Shown: positions 33,525 to 46,959, counted from the whole stretch's first letter. The stretch is 57,463 nt of DNA, filler included, from Sphacelaria rigidula (GCA_964200075.2; 6 parts of 6 records of this genome joined end to end with filler, not necessarily neighbours in it), one strand, 5' to 3'. The notes: generated by a model not told the origin, from the sequence alone. Translations and numbers: made by a program.

Positions 33525-34800
33525 GATTAATTGATTTGATTGATTGGCTGTCGCACTTTAATTGAACCCCCGGGGGTCCAGCTGTGGTCTCATGATGGAC
33601 GTACTCAAGAAAAACAAAACTGAAACACGCTCTGAAGAAAAGAAGGAACATGAAAAAAAATAGTCGAACAGAACGACATAGCAGATTAGTCGGAACAAAA
33701 CAAAGTAATGAAAAAAGTCAACACAAGTAAAGGACAGAAAGAAATGGCCGACCTGAAACAAAAAGAGAAGGAAAAGAAGAGGAAAGTACAGAGGAAAAAT
33801 ATAATACAATGAATGATGAAAAAAAAAAGACTCAAGGGATTCAGGGCAGCAGAGTAGATACAGATACACACCAGTGGGCACCGCAGAGCCACCGATTAAG
33901 GACATAATCAACAACCGATATGAGCAGACAGGGTTCTCCGATTGGCAGCCCTCGACGCAGCAACCTCTCGCTTGTGACGGTGGTCTGATTCTCGCTTGTC
34001 CGCGCGTCGCCACGTGTCCTCAAACTCTTCCGCTCCCTTTTCGATTCCAATATGCCACTTGCCATGGTTCTTCGCCGCAGTGACCCAATAATATGCATCG
34101 TTAACTCTACACCGTAGACTAACCCCTTTCGTCGGGCTCCTTTGTGCGGGACAGCCCCGTGCGCACGTAGATTCTCCTTGAGGGTATCCTTCCTTTGCTT
34201 GGGGGGGGGCGGCCGATCTCCTTGGGCCCACTTGTGGAAAGCCGACCGTTCATGACACGCTTGGGAAGGCGTGTGTCTCTCCGCCGGACAAGGACTCCCG
34301 GGAACAAGAGTTGATATTTGCGGATAGTCGTCTAGAAACGTTCGCAGTTGGTCATCTCGAGCACCGCTCTGTACAAAAGAGTCTTGTAGCCATTTCGATC
34401 GGTCCTGCGGAATCTAACCACTCGTAGCAAGAGCTTGTGATGGGCAGTGCGCAGACTGTCGAAGTCCTCAGAACATAGCGTCCATGTGGCACACCCATGC
34501 AGCGAAGCTTTTACCACCTCCGCTTCAATTAGTCGAACGTTCAAGGATAGCTCGGCGTTGGGTTGGTCGTAGAGTTAGGAGCTATACTTTCGGATACGCG
34601 CCCACGCAGCGCTGATACGGCGGTTGATTTCGATGGAAAATTTCGCATCCGCGCTGATAGCTCCACCAAGGTAGATGAACTCCCCCGTCTGCTTATACCG
34701 GTGACCGGCAGCTTTAATATCCAGGGTGGCCTCCGTGGGACTGGGTACTGACCAAAGGCGCATGGACTCTGTCTTGTTCTCGAAGACCATCAGGCCGAAT
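33525..34800 (-). mobile_element. 5'-truncated RTE-like LINE (family D), copy 2, with (AATC)n tail
   Basis: FGLMVFENKTE..FIYLGGAISADA..EINRRISAAWAR; T-rich 3' UTR ending ..GTGCGACAGCCAATCAATCAAATCAATTAATCAAT. Confidence 0.88.
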
Positions 34801-35804
34801 TCATATTACTCAGAAAATGTAGCGTTGGACTTTATATTCCATATTTTTTCTCAACAAGTCTGAGCTATATAATCCTAAGTGCTGGGTATCCCCATGGACG
34901 GGTGAAACGCTATATTGATGTAGGATAGGTCGGGGATTCGAAATCAGTCACACCGGATTTCTACGTGGTTTTTCTCCCTCCTTCACACACGAAACAACCC
35001 AGTAACTACCCTGGCGGTACATCCGCCGTAATACAGGCCCCGCCATTGAGATTTTTTACTTCACAGTAGTACACTGATCCTTTGACCCGCCAGCATATAC
35101 GTCATCTGTCGAGTCGGCAGTTCACCTGAAAAAGTAATGCGTCCCAGAGGACCTGCTCTTGTGGTCAAGAGGTTATAAAACTCACTGAGAGCCCAAAACT
35201 AAATAATGTGGGGTATCTTTGGTTTACGCGAAGGGTGCGAGAAGAATGCACAAATATGAATACTTTCCTACCTTCCCCTTCCAAACATGATCACACGGGT
35301 GATATCTGCCATTTTGGCCTGTTGCACACGAACGGCGGTGTACCTGAACACACGAACGCGTCAATAGAACGTGTAAGCAGTCAAGTACTTATCTTTGATC
35401 CCCTGTTCCCCTCCATTCGGGGATCGAACCTCTGTAAGCCCTCCACAAACACGATGACCGTGGTATCTACTGTTGTGGCCCGTTACACATGCATTTACAA
35501 ACGAGTGGCGACGTCCCTAAACATGCGAGGGGCATCGTTCGAACCTACCCACCTTACCCTACTGCTTCATGATCCCAGTCCCGCCCCCTCATCCCTCCTC
35601 CCGGAGGCACAATATCAACGCATCCCCTCCCCGAAAAATCTCAGCAGAAAGGGGCTGTTATCCGATGCATAGGTGGTTTGCGGCCTGGCAATAATTTATG
35701 CACGTGACCGGTACCAACACAAAAACGCCCATAACCTACGGTTCAGTAGTGGCACCTTTCGTTTTGCTTCACGGGACTGCTGACACCCGGTGAAGATATC
35801 GTTG

Positions 35805-38277
35805 CACACCCTGGACAATACAGATGTTTTCAAGACATATTAGTCGATCATATTTGAAGTTTGCAATATATCGCCGGAGAAATATATATTGGTACCCTTG
35901 GACTGCACACGTGTTGTGCGCCCAATATGTATTGATGTTGTGGGACTGCGTACTTACTGCCCGCCGAATGAATATATATATATATATTTACTTCCTCTGA
36001 CACATAAGTTAGCTCGATTACGTTTACACGGGTCCTTAACCGTGTCCGATGCCGTTGGCGATGATATTTTTGAACTCTTTGTCATGTTTTTAGTTGAACC
36101 CCGTTGTTGTTTGTTTTTGGTGCAGCCTTCAGCATGGACCAGCGGCTGAGACAAAAGCAGTTGACCCAGAAATGGACGTTATTTCCCCGTTTTCCGGAAA
36201 AAGGGAAGAAAAACTGAAACTCGGAAAAATGGCAAAATACGCAAGAATATGCAAAAAATTGGTGTTTGTTTGCGCTTCACCATTGATAGACGATACGTAC
36301 GCCTCGTCTGAAAGCGTGTGGTTCATGCTGTGGACTCGGTTCACAACAAACACGGGCAAAATCGTCCAATTCGGCCGAAACGGTACAAAATTGGACGAAA
36401 TCGGCCCAAATTTGATCAAATTTAACCCACGATTTCTCTCCAATACCAACTCGGATGGCTTTTTTTTTTCATGAGCTTCTTCGTGACTGTAGCTTTGCAA
36501 GGAATCTAACTATAGCATTGTACGCCATTCTGTTCAAGAGGTATTATCTGCGCCCCATAATCGAGCCAACTTATGTGTCATAGGAAGTATATTGGTACCG
36601 TGGGGTTCAACACATATTGTCCCATAGATATATATTGGGCAGTGTGGGCGATGACATATTGCATGACCAATATATGTTAGGGTCGCAGTGGTGAGAACAT
36701 ATTGACCTGTCAATATATATTGGGTCTACGTGGGTGCCAATGTATTGGCCGCTCAGTACATATCGGGTATTATAAGTATGGTGTACACTTTTGAGAAAGA
36801 TCCAGACGCGGTGGATGCCGGAGCCCGTGCAGATTGGGAATAGCTTCGAAGGGAGCCGCAGAAGTTCGCGTGCATTGCTACGAAGAGTGGTCGAATTTGT
36901 TTGATATATGTATATATATATATACTGGTCAGAAATTATGATGGTAGAAGAGGAGACCCGGTATATATGCCTACTGATACCTATCTGGCCACTGGTACGG
37001 GGCCGCCCATCCCCTTCACAGCATGTAATATATCTTCGGGAAACATCACGATGACAGAAAATGCGGGTCGATGTGCGTCTTTTGGTACCTCTGTGGTCAC
37101 CGGTGCTATGTTGCTTATATCCTGGACAATACAATATCTTCCAATATGATACCAATATTTTGTATTGGAGACAGCGCAAGTATTGTCCTTTCAATACATA
37201 TTGTGTTGGGATGTCCTCGGAGATATTGAAGCAACAACATATATTTCTCGTGTCATTATCGTGAATAACGCATGACAATATATATTGGATATGCATTTGC
37301 TCCGGGAACAAAACATTTGATACGTGCATGCTGGCCGTGTATGTATTGAAGTTTCAAAATATATTGAGTCGAAGCGATGCAAAGGCATTGTTTTCCCAAA
37401 ATATCACACCCTGGACAATAGACGGCAACTATTGCGGTGGCAATAGAATCTGCTGCAGTAGATGCCAATATTGTCGTCCGTACTGGCCATCGATCGGCAA
37501 GTTTATCTTTCTATTGTCGTTGGCAATGTCTATCGATAGACCAGTTTCCTACACTCTTGTCTATGCAGCAGTCTGCTACGGCCTTACACCGAAATCTATT
37601 GCGGCCGACCAAATGCATTGATAGACTGCTTTCCAAATCTATTGATGATGGCTATTGATAGGTTGTATACCAAATCTATATACGACAACAGCTATTGATG
37701 GATTGCGTATAAACCTATGCATGGCGGCAATGAATATCGATAGATTCATACCAGAATCAGCTGTGGTAAATAATGCCTACCGACAGATTTTCTCTGTCGT
37801 CTATTGCCACACCTACATCGTAACATACGCCGTATAGAGCATATTATACTCCGTTAAGGTACGGTAAAATTGCCGCAGGTGGACATGCAGTGGGTACATA
37901 ATGATACTACTTGTGAATATATGACATGACGTTTCTACAATTTTGGAACGCTTGTATTTTGTAGGAATCCGCAACATGTGTAGACAAAGTTTACAAGTTT
38001 TGTAGTTGGTGTGGTGTTGTTACCTATGGTTATCCCTCTGATGGACATGAGCGCTTACAGTACTTTAGTGCGTGGGTGAGATGTGCTTGTACCCTGGACA
38101 AAAGACTATGTAATAGAACATTGACGCTGCAATAGCCCCGATAATTTGACCGTCAATATTCATTGCCAGTCATAATCTACTGGCATGAAAGTCTATCGAT
38201 AGCTATTGTAGGCGACAAGAGATTCGGGACGAGGGACATGATGTGTCATTGCCGTGACATTGGGGGGGCCCAGTTGT
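35805..38277 (+). repeat. Cluster of non-coding elements beginning CACACCCTGGACAATA, with CAATAT/ATATTG and CAATAG/CTATTG sub-repeats
   Basis: Motif at 35805 and 37405, variants at 37121 and 38091, and at 12056 in another segment. Confidence 0.55.
35991..36587. mobile_element. Tc1/mariner-type (Stowaway-like) MITE, 597 bp, TA TSD
   Basis: TA|CTTCCTCTGACACATAAGTTAGCTCGATTACG ... CATAATCGAGCCAACTTATGTGTCATAGGAAG|TA; sits in a (TA)n run. Confidence 0.88.
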
Positions 38278-38884
38278 NNNNNNNNNNNNNNNNNNNNNNN
38301 NNNNNNNNNNNNNNNNNNNNNTTAATTAATTAANNNNNNNNNNNNNNNNNNNNNNNNNNNNNNNNNNNNNNNNNNNNAAGCATTCCTCTGTATCTCTCCT
38401 GGCCGTGTAGATCTCGCGCCATGTCCTCCCATGACACCGGAGGTCAGGTTTCAGCGAGGGGGTTGATGTTCACCCTGAGCTGCACGGATTCTGCTCTAAC
38501 TCGTTGCATACAGCACTGTTGCCATCGAAATTTGCGAGAGGTATTGTCTCTCTATATATGAACGAAACTTAATTGTTCATACGTCTCCTCCCTCCTGGGC
38601 GATGCTGTCTGGGCTGCTCTTGAATGCACAGCAGGTGCGGACCGTGCTTGTGAAATCAGGATATTTGCCATTATCCAACGCTTTTCACCGTTTTTCGCGG
38701 AGGCGTTCAAAAGACTATTGAAAAAAAGAAAAATTCCCCCGGCATAACACTGGAGTTTTTGTGAACTGTAACCTGTAATTCACCACCGTAGTGACGTAGG
38801 TCCCGCCACAGGGATGATGACAATACCAATGTCCTGTTTTGTAGGGTATGGTTTTCTGCATACCGAGGGTATTTTCCGGGGTAT

Positions 38885-39315
38885 TTACTGTACCTTACAG
38901 TTTTGTGACTTCCGTAAGACTTTCATACGGGTACCCGACGGTTCTGTGACGTCTGCAAGACTTTCATACCGGTACCCGACAGCTCTGTAACCTCTGTAGG
39001 ACTTCCATACCCTTACCCGATAGTTCTGTGAGTTCTGTGAGCCTCCCATACCGCCACCGGGGCGCACAAGTACGCTCTTGATGAGATGCCCGGTTGCGGG
39101 TACGGTTGTCTGTGCAACCTCCATACCCTACCCGACAGTTTCTGTGAGGTCTGTAAGCCTCTCGTACCCTTACCCGACAGTTCTGTGGGTTTTGTACAGA
39201 ATGTTTACCCGTACCCGAAGGGCGGGTATGCTCTTGAAGAAATACCCGATTGCCGGTACGGTTATTCTGGAAGTCTCCCATACCGCACCCGACATGTTCT
39301 GTAATTTCTGTAAGC
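38885..39315. repeat. ~41-bp tandem repeat (CATACCGGTACCCGACAGTTCTGT...), dispersed family; fragment at 42089-42190
   Basis: Units near 38920, 38961 and 39002; second cluster 39118-39215. Confidence 0.8.
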
Positions 39316-39540
39316 AGTGTTATCCCTTTTCGATAGTATGGAGGTGGTGTTTTTGAAGGTTAGACGTCAAGAAAACCCGCACCTCGCTTGTGATGACGCC
39401 GAAACTTTGAGGATGTGTTGATTGATACTAGAGCAAGGTGTCGAAGCCGCAGCCGTGGCTGCACAAGGTGCTGAGGGCCCGGTCTGCATTGAAACGGTGG
39501 ATACCATTCTCATCAGAATATGTTTTTATTCACCACGAGT

Positions 39541-39788
39541 GATGCTAAGGTAGGGATGCATAAATATTTTCTGATTTTAGAACTGTCAGGAGCCCTTTTT
39601 CTAATCCAAAACACGACTCATGAAATATGTGATAATACGCCACGATTAGTATTCCAAAGTGCTAGGGATATCCCGAATGAATTCGCAAACGAGGATGCCC
39701 TGACCCATATTCTTGTGCATCTAGAACCGTTAGGAGACCCTGAACCAGAAAAGATTTTGCGTAAAAAGTGTACCCCTAGCGTAGCATT
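39541..39788 (-). mobile_element. MITE family C, full copy
   Basis: Reverse complement of 53057-53304, both TIRs present. Confidence 0.88.
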
Positions 39789-39948
39789 GCTCCCACCTCC
39801 TGTCTGATGACGATTATAGTAGGTGAAATTTCGGTCAGGCTCGCAGACCGCAACGGATCCTTCCGACTTCATCGTCAATCTTCGCCCAGTTAGGGATGAA
39901 CGCTCGCAGAAAACCAGACAAGAAGCAGCATCTAGGCCCCACCATATA

Positions 39949-40521
39949 CTTCCTCTATCTCATAAGTCTGGGCACTTATGGTTGTACGAGCCCTTAACGG
40001 TGTGATGTTTGATTTTCAATCTTTTTGTTGCATTCGTCGGCGTTTTTATAGCTGAAACCAACATTATTTCTACAGCGTGGGGGCTTGACCCATGCAGCCG
40101 CGCTGCCGAGAAAAAGTAGGTCGGTCCAAAACGACAATTTTTCGCTCGTTTACCCAGGAAAGCATGACAGACCCGGGAACACGAAAAATCGCGAAACGAC
40201 CATTGATTTTGGACATGTCCGTGATGTCAACCCACGCACGTCCCATCCACCGGTTTGTTAGCATGTAATTGCTAGTGCTCGACGAGAAAACGTCCAAAAT
40301 TGGTCAATGATGGGGTATAAATGGATCAAGATGCGTCAAAATGGGGATTTGGGATTTCGACATGATTCTAGTGATGAAAACATTTTTTTTCTCGTTTTTC
40401 CTTCATCAGCTTCGTCTGCGCTTCACCTCTCTAACGAGCCCAACCATAGGATGATCGTCAACGTTCAAATACCCGAACGATTAAACGCCCGTAAGTGCCC
40501 AGACTTATGAGACAGAGGAAG
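39949..40521. mobile_element. Tc1/mariner-type (Stowaway-like) MITE, 573 bp
   Basis: TA|CTTCCTCTATCTCATAAGTCTGGGCACTTATGG ... CCGTAAGTGCCCAGACTTATGAGACAGAGGAAG|CA. Confidence 0.85.
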
Positions 40522-40957
40522 CATGTGAGGGTCTAGGCTGAACGTTTGCCGGTCCGAAAAGCTCGACAAGTCAAGGTTAAGATTCTCTCACGGGACCGCT
40601 GCGTTCTGCCATGGACCCTTTCCCACGTGCCCGACAAGTGGGCAACACCCCCGTACAGAGAGTGGCAATGCTAGCGGGTACAAGATCCTGACAGTCTGGT
40701 AGCCGGCAAGGTAGTTATGGTAGTGTCCTTCTAGCGGTATTAACTTACAGTGCACTGGAGCAGAGTTTGCAGCTTAATTTTTTGGCGATTGCCTCACCTG
40801 CAGTTCGCCCAAATGTTGCGGATTTTTTTCACGATCTCACAGAGTAACATTAAATGTGGAAATGTACCAGATCCTGGACAAAGAGAGTTGAAGGATTCAA
40901 CAGTCAGTACGAACACAATGACGAAAGTGTACCGCGCATAGTTTTTAAATACATGCT

Positions 40958-41209
40958 CGACACTTTCGACGATAGCCCTCCCCCAAAACGAGCTAAAAGT
41001 GTCACGAAAAAAAGGGCCATACAGCGCCTGATGTTCGGGTTCAGCCTGCATGGAGCGCCTCATATTGGCGACATTGTCTAGAACGAACCCAATCGTTGGA
41101 ATTCCCAGCTTCGCGTTGTGCTCGGATTTTCCCATTTCGATTTACGTGAAGATTTGACCTCCAAAAACCATGCACTTTTTTTTGGTGGGGGCTATCGTAG
41201 AAAGTGTCG
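40958..41209. mobile_element. MITE family B, copy 2
   Basis: TIR CGACACTTTCGACGATAGCCC / GGGCTATCGTAGAAAGTGTCG; interior homologous to 7997-8251. Confidence 0.82.
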
Positions 41210-42384
41210 CTCGACTGTAATTTGTGTTATATTACTACTCGTACTTGAAGTCGGTGACTGCAGCGCTTCACTCCGAGACAGCAGTGTGTGAAAGTCTCCA
41301 GGGTTTGAAATGCTGCAGGCGGCTTTCGCGCTATAGCGACTGTGTTACCATACAGCTTCGCCCAAGAAACAGGCAGTCATTACAGTAGCGGAGGCGGCAT
41401 TTCACTCCTGCGTGCACCACCCGGGTCAAACGCACGCTGTAGGTGCGACACGTAAAACTTTACACAATGTGTCGTGGTGATATAGCGCGTAGCGAGGGGT
41501 GATATCCCGCCTACACGTTGGCCGCAGATACAAGCAGCTGCGTTCATGATGTGGCGAACTGTACAGGACAGCGCAAAATCAAAGCAGCACAGGGATAGGC
41601 TACGGATGTGACGTCCTGTGGTGTTCTTTGTCACCCTGCACCCTGCCGCTGTGCAGTGAGTAGGTAGTACGCTCAAGGCGTCACGCTGCGGTTGGTACGC
41701 AGTGTCGAACACAGCAGAAAACAGCATATTTATGGTACAAGGATGTGTGTTCAACACCGATGAGCACCGAGTGGGGCCTGCATCTAGAGAACCCTGCACC
41801 AACTTCGGCCTGTTCTAGCGGGTAGAGACATCTTTTCAGCAAAAACCGCTTGCAACATGTGCTGGAACGAATCTCGTGCGTCATGCAGCTTTCTACCATG
41901 TGGAGCATCGCCCGTGAAGCGAGCTGTTGAACCTGACAGTGCCTTACACTCTTCCCACGATGACCTCTTTTCTGAGCTCGAGATAATTGAAACTGCGGAA
42001 CATGACTTGATCTTGTAGAATATACACGTCACCGTGACGAAAGCTTCCATGTTATTGAAAAGGAAAAATACTCTAAGACTTTCAAACCGTTACCCGACAG
42101 CTCTGTAACCTCTGTAGGACTTCCATACCGGTACCCGATATTTCTGTAAGTTACGGAAGGAATTTCATACCCTACAGAGCATACCCGCACACTACAGAAC
42201 ACAACCTTGGAAAATTACATGGTGAGTGCCTATCATTACATCCCTCTCACAGCGATCCCCCCCCCCCCTCCCCCCGTTCCCCCTGTTTTTTTCGATTTGT
42301 ATTTTTTCTGGCTAATATGACTCCTAGTGAGGCAAGTTGCTATTATACGACGCCCCTTGTGTGGGCAAGGAGTCAATTCGACAT

Positions 42385-42610
42385 TATTGGTTGATTCTGA
42401 TTGATTGCCGCACTTCAACTGACCCCCGTGGTCACATGATGGACGTATCGGAGACAACAACAAAATTGAAACACTCTCCAAACAAAAGTGAAAAAAAAGA
42501 ATAGAAAATTCCGCCGAAGAAAAGCGAAGAAAGAATATAGAAGGGAGAACAGACAGGGTAGACTAAGGTAAGAAAGGAAAAGAAGGTAAAGAACGAAGGA
42601 AATGAAGAAA
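42385..42610 (-). repeat. 3' tail fragment of RTE-like family D
   Basis: GATTGATTGCCGCACTTCAACTGACCCCCGTGGTCACATGATGGACGTA matches 33538-33603. Confidence 0.65.
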
Positions 42611-44425
42611 ACTAGGAATGGACAGCCTCTGCTGTATGACTTCGGTGGAAAAGGTCTTACGTAAAAACCACAGTCATATCCAATCGTAGAAAGCACAAGA
42701 CCGAGGGGAAAATAGTGCGGTTCATCTGCCACGACCTCACCATTTTGGGTATGAAACCTGTCATCCATAGACGCTACGGAAGCGAGGCACCAAACTGCTC
42801 TGGCATACACCGGCAGGACTGCACAGTATATATACAAAATGTCCGTTGAAGATCCGCTATAGTAGAGCTACAGCACGACGCGTGAAGAATTGCCTGTGAG
42901 AGTCGCGCTTCACCAAGCCAAGAAAGCGCTATACGGTCCGACGCTCGCGCGTGGCACGTTCCCTACAGGGGTATAGAGCACGCGTTCGCTGTGTTGTTGA
43001 CGAGCGCGTCAGCTTGTCTGCGGCTGCGGTCGGCGGCACATCGGCGTAGGACAGTACAGTGTGGTACAAAGACGACTTCGTGCCGATTGTCTTTCTTTCT
43101 ACTTTGGTTTGCGGTGTGCTCCCTAATCGTTGTGTATATGTACTCGTTTTTCTAGAGGCAGTGAAAGGGTGAGAATCGTCAACGCATCGGGAAAACACTA
43201 GTGTCCTCGATTCATGTCGATCTTTCTTACGGATGCAATCATAACTCATAGCCCACCCTTCGAAGGAGACCTCCACATCGGAAAACCGAATCGAGACGGG
43301 GGTCCCTAAACCTCTACAAGAGCATCCGCTCGTATCTCCCTTCGTCGTAGCACCCGGTGCGATAGTCACGGCAGGGTGCGGAACCCGTATAAGTCGTCGG
43401 TGACCGTCCGCACGGTGCGATAATATAGGGGGGTGCCAGGATCAAGGGGGTGCAACAATGTCGGGTTTAACGATCGTCTCCAAAACCGAAGCGACCATTC
43501 TGCCGAAACCGGAGTCATTCCAAAGATATTTTAAATATCTCGCGAAAGTGAACCCTCTTCAAGGGTGCCGAGTATTGCACCTCGCGAAAATTGATCTAAA
43601 AAATACGTCACCAAGGAATCCGTATATATTCCCTGTACAGGCTAGCCCCATTACTTGAGACAGAAAAGCGCGACCCTGGATTCTTGCTCGAGATTCGAGA
43701 ACAAGGACCTGAAATTATGAGGGAGGATGCAAATCGACCTTTGGAAGAAAAACCTGTTTAGCTGACTGAATTTGCGATAATTTTTCGCCCTCATGTTCGG
43801 AATAAATGCGTATTTTCTTCAAGATCTGTAGATTCCAAAGTAATGTTCGTAAATCTGACTCATCATCGTATTGTAGGTACTTCTCTCAATATGTGTTTCA
43901 GCCGAAAGTACCGAATGGCGACGAGTCAGAAGCCAACGTAGATATCGTTATTCTCATCCTGATGTCAGTTACACGTCCACCAATTTTCAGCGCAATCGGA
44001 CAAGTATTCGCGCATGTTGATTATGTATCAACTATCTACCAACGGGTACTGCCACCAGGCCTTATTTGATGCCCAGGGAATGTTCGAAACGATGAGAGTG
44101 CCTGGACGGCCGATCAAAACGCGCTGTGCGCTCCGGGTTGGCTGTGCGGTTTCAGGAAACCTGCTCACTATGTTTCTTTTTTGCTGTTGTTCGCCCTTTT
44201 TGCGCTGGAGACGTTTTTTTGTCTCAATTAGGGGGACAAACCTGTACCACGTACTCGACTACCCCGGTTGTTGTTATCGCTGATATTGGACGTCCTGTAT
44301 CTATGTCTTGACGTATCATCTTTGCTGCCGTAATTCTGGGTCCTGGTAATTCGCGTGTGATGTGCTGTCCTTAGACGGTTGAAGGAGTTGCACCGCAGAA
44401 TGGATCTCGCCTCAAGTACCAGAAA

Positions 44426-46959
44426 TTGAGCCGTCATTCCGCGTTCGGGGTTCCGCTCATCATTTCGCTACTGGCGTGCTTAGCTCTAGCAAATGGCTTC
44501 ACACCGATCCTCAGAACACGGACGAGTCCTCGAACGTGCATGGGGAAACAGAGAGGTTACGGCGGCCTCAAGATGGCGGAGGATGAGCAAGTATCGTACA
44601 TGACTTGGTTATCGCGGAAAGTGGAGAAGGCAGCGAGGCCAGCAACTGTCAACATCAGGCGAGCTCGACTCACGAAAGACTTCGCGGTGCTGCTCATGCG
44701 GAGCTCGTACCAGGTACACGTGCTTCAGCCTGTTGTGCGTTTTTGCGGCGACGTGGGTGGACAACGACTGGCTGGCTCCGAAAAATTCAGCTACTCTCGA
44801 CCAAAGACTTCGCTCGCAGCTGCAGCAACCATTTCACGCGGTCATGGAACGTGTCCTTTGTGCAGGCTATGTGCAAGCTATGTGAACTCCGTGTTCTTGT
44901 GCCAATGATACTTCACGTTTGTGCGCAGATGCTCCTCGAGCGCCCTTCACTTCACTTCCACCGTATAGTGTGTGCCGTGGCTTGCCCCGTCCGAGGACGA
45001 TAGACACGTAATACGCGCGTATCTGTTGTGACACCACTAAACGACCTGTGTCTGTCTGTCCGTTCTGCACACCTGGCATCCAAATCAAACCAAGATAGCA
45101 CCGCTTTTGAAGTGACGATTGCGTCCATCGGAGATGCCATACGTCGCTGTCACTCCCATGGGTGCGGATATTCACAAACAATACGGACCAAGCCTAACCT
45201 TCGACTAGGACAACTGTTGCCAATTGAATGTACACTTCGAGAGGCCATGTCGATGATGACATTGGGTGGCACCTACTAGTGACAGAGAGCTTTGCGGTAG
45301 TATCCATGGAAGGTATTTTCTCGAAAAAATGTTCGTCGTGGAACAAGCTAGACTTGATTTGCTCAACGAGAGGGTGTCGAGATACCGTGCACGTATCCAG
45401 CAAAAATATGGCCGATGCTGCCAGCGTCGGTGAAGATTTTAGGAGTGATCGCGTGCCGACTATGACAGCGCTTGTCATTCTACGACGATTCGCACGTTGG
45501 TCGTAATATCGTGCGCAGGTGTGCGACGATCTAGACTTCGTTCCCATGGACGAGTTTCAGAAGAAGTTCTTCTTGCTGAGGCAGGACGAGTGGTCAGACT
45601 ACAAGGAGCGGTTTCCAGGGTGCGTGCGGTGGTACACACACTCGACAACGGTCGGTTTGTGTACTCCCCGAAGATATACATGTCGAACCGCACGATCCAT
45701 CTATGCATCAATGAGTGTTGCCGACGGTAGGGTTTTTTCCCAACAGTAAGGTGTATGGACCGCTGGAACACGGCAATAGCAAAGAGTCTAGATTCCACGA
45801 AATCCATTACTCATGCGGTGCCGTTTCGTTTGCCAACATGGCAGAATAAAGCAGGGGGATCTGACAGACCCGGACTACTTTGATTTTATTAGCTTTGCGC
45901 AGTATGCCTCGGTTGCAGAAGCAATGCGAAACGGGCGGGATATTTTTGAAGAGAAGGTAGGCGCGGAGGGAGAGAAGAGAACCGTTCAACGAAACCCCGA
46001 CTACGCGGACAACTCCCTGCTACCAGCAGAGCATTCGAGGAGGGTTGGGGACAAAATGTTGGTGAGTACGACCGTCTCTTCGATAAACGCGAGATGCAAA
46101 TGCTTGAGAAAAATGTTGAAACATGGAAGAGATCTCGACGTGCAGTGCCCGGTGCACACCATAGCGTATCCTACACACTCTATGCGAGAGTAGCGGCAAA
46201 TGAAGCACCATGGTGTGCGGTGCTTTTAGAATCAATTTGTCTTCTTATCCTTCTCTCCACTCTTTTGGAATCTGGCGTTGCGCAATCTCCCATGCGCCCC
46301 TTACGTTGAGAACTTCTCAGGCCTATATTGTTGAGGCGTTTGGATCCACGAAGCTGGGCCCGGTCATTGGCCAGGGATTGGGCATCGCCCGGCTGACCGA
46401 GGGGTGCGAACGCATCATGAACCTCTTGCGCCTGAATTTCTACTTGCTGGATTACACCGTGTCTTCGGATCCAGATCGACGACTCCTCATAGTGAGTGCG
46501 ACACACGGTATAAGAAGTGTTGCCGACTCGTTGATTTGATCATGTGTCAAAAGCGTAATTTTCATATATTGCCCTCACGTTGGTTGCATTGCTGTATTAT
46601 CCAAACCACGCAATACCGTTTCACGAGGTGTCAAATTCGTGGCGGTGAGAGCCGACTGACCAAAATCCATACTGCTGTACGAGCCGCATTCGCAGGACGT
46701 GATCGTCCATTGCCCCCGCTGCCTCGGCCTATACGTTGCAATCGTTTCGTTTATTTCACGTGTGCTAATTATCCAGGTGAAAGCAGTCGCCCCCGCAACT
46801 ATTTGGGGCCAGCAGGTGTTGGTAAAGCGAAAAGATCGGCCGGTAAATGACTTTGAGGCGAAAGTAATCTCAGCCTACCTCAGGGCGTGTGGAAAAGTCA
46901 GGGCAACCTACTCGACAAAGTTCAGCGCGTTAGATGTCACTCATGTTTTCCAGCTGTAG
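44426..46959 (+). CDS. Probable plastid-targeted protein of unknown function (exons ~44399/44426-44713, 45519-45619, 45845-46061, 46321-46491, 46777-46959)
   Basis: All introns GT-AG with consistent phases. Signal peptide ending ANG|FTP plus an Arg/Thr-rich transit peptide. Motifs FAVLLMRSSY, DF.PMD.FQK.FF..RQ.EW, QGDLTDP.YFDFISFAQY and NDFEAK resemble uncharacterised algal proteins (from recall, not searched). Start codon unresolved. Confidence 0.85.

Noticed and set aside
28784..38277. Endogenous phaeovirus insertion around the EsV-1-7 gene
   Set aside because: Flank is LINE/MITE-rich host-like DNA with no viral core genes or gene-dense ORFs.
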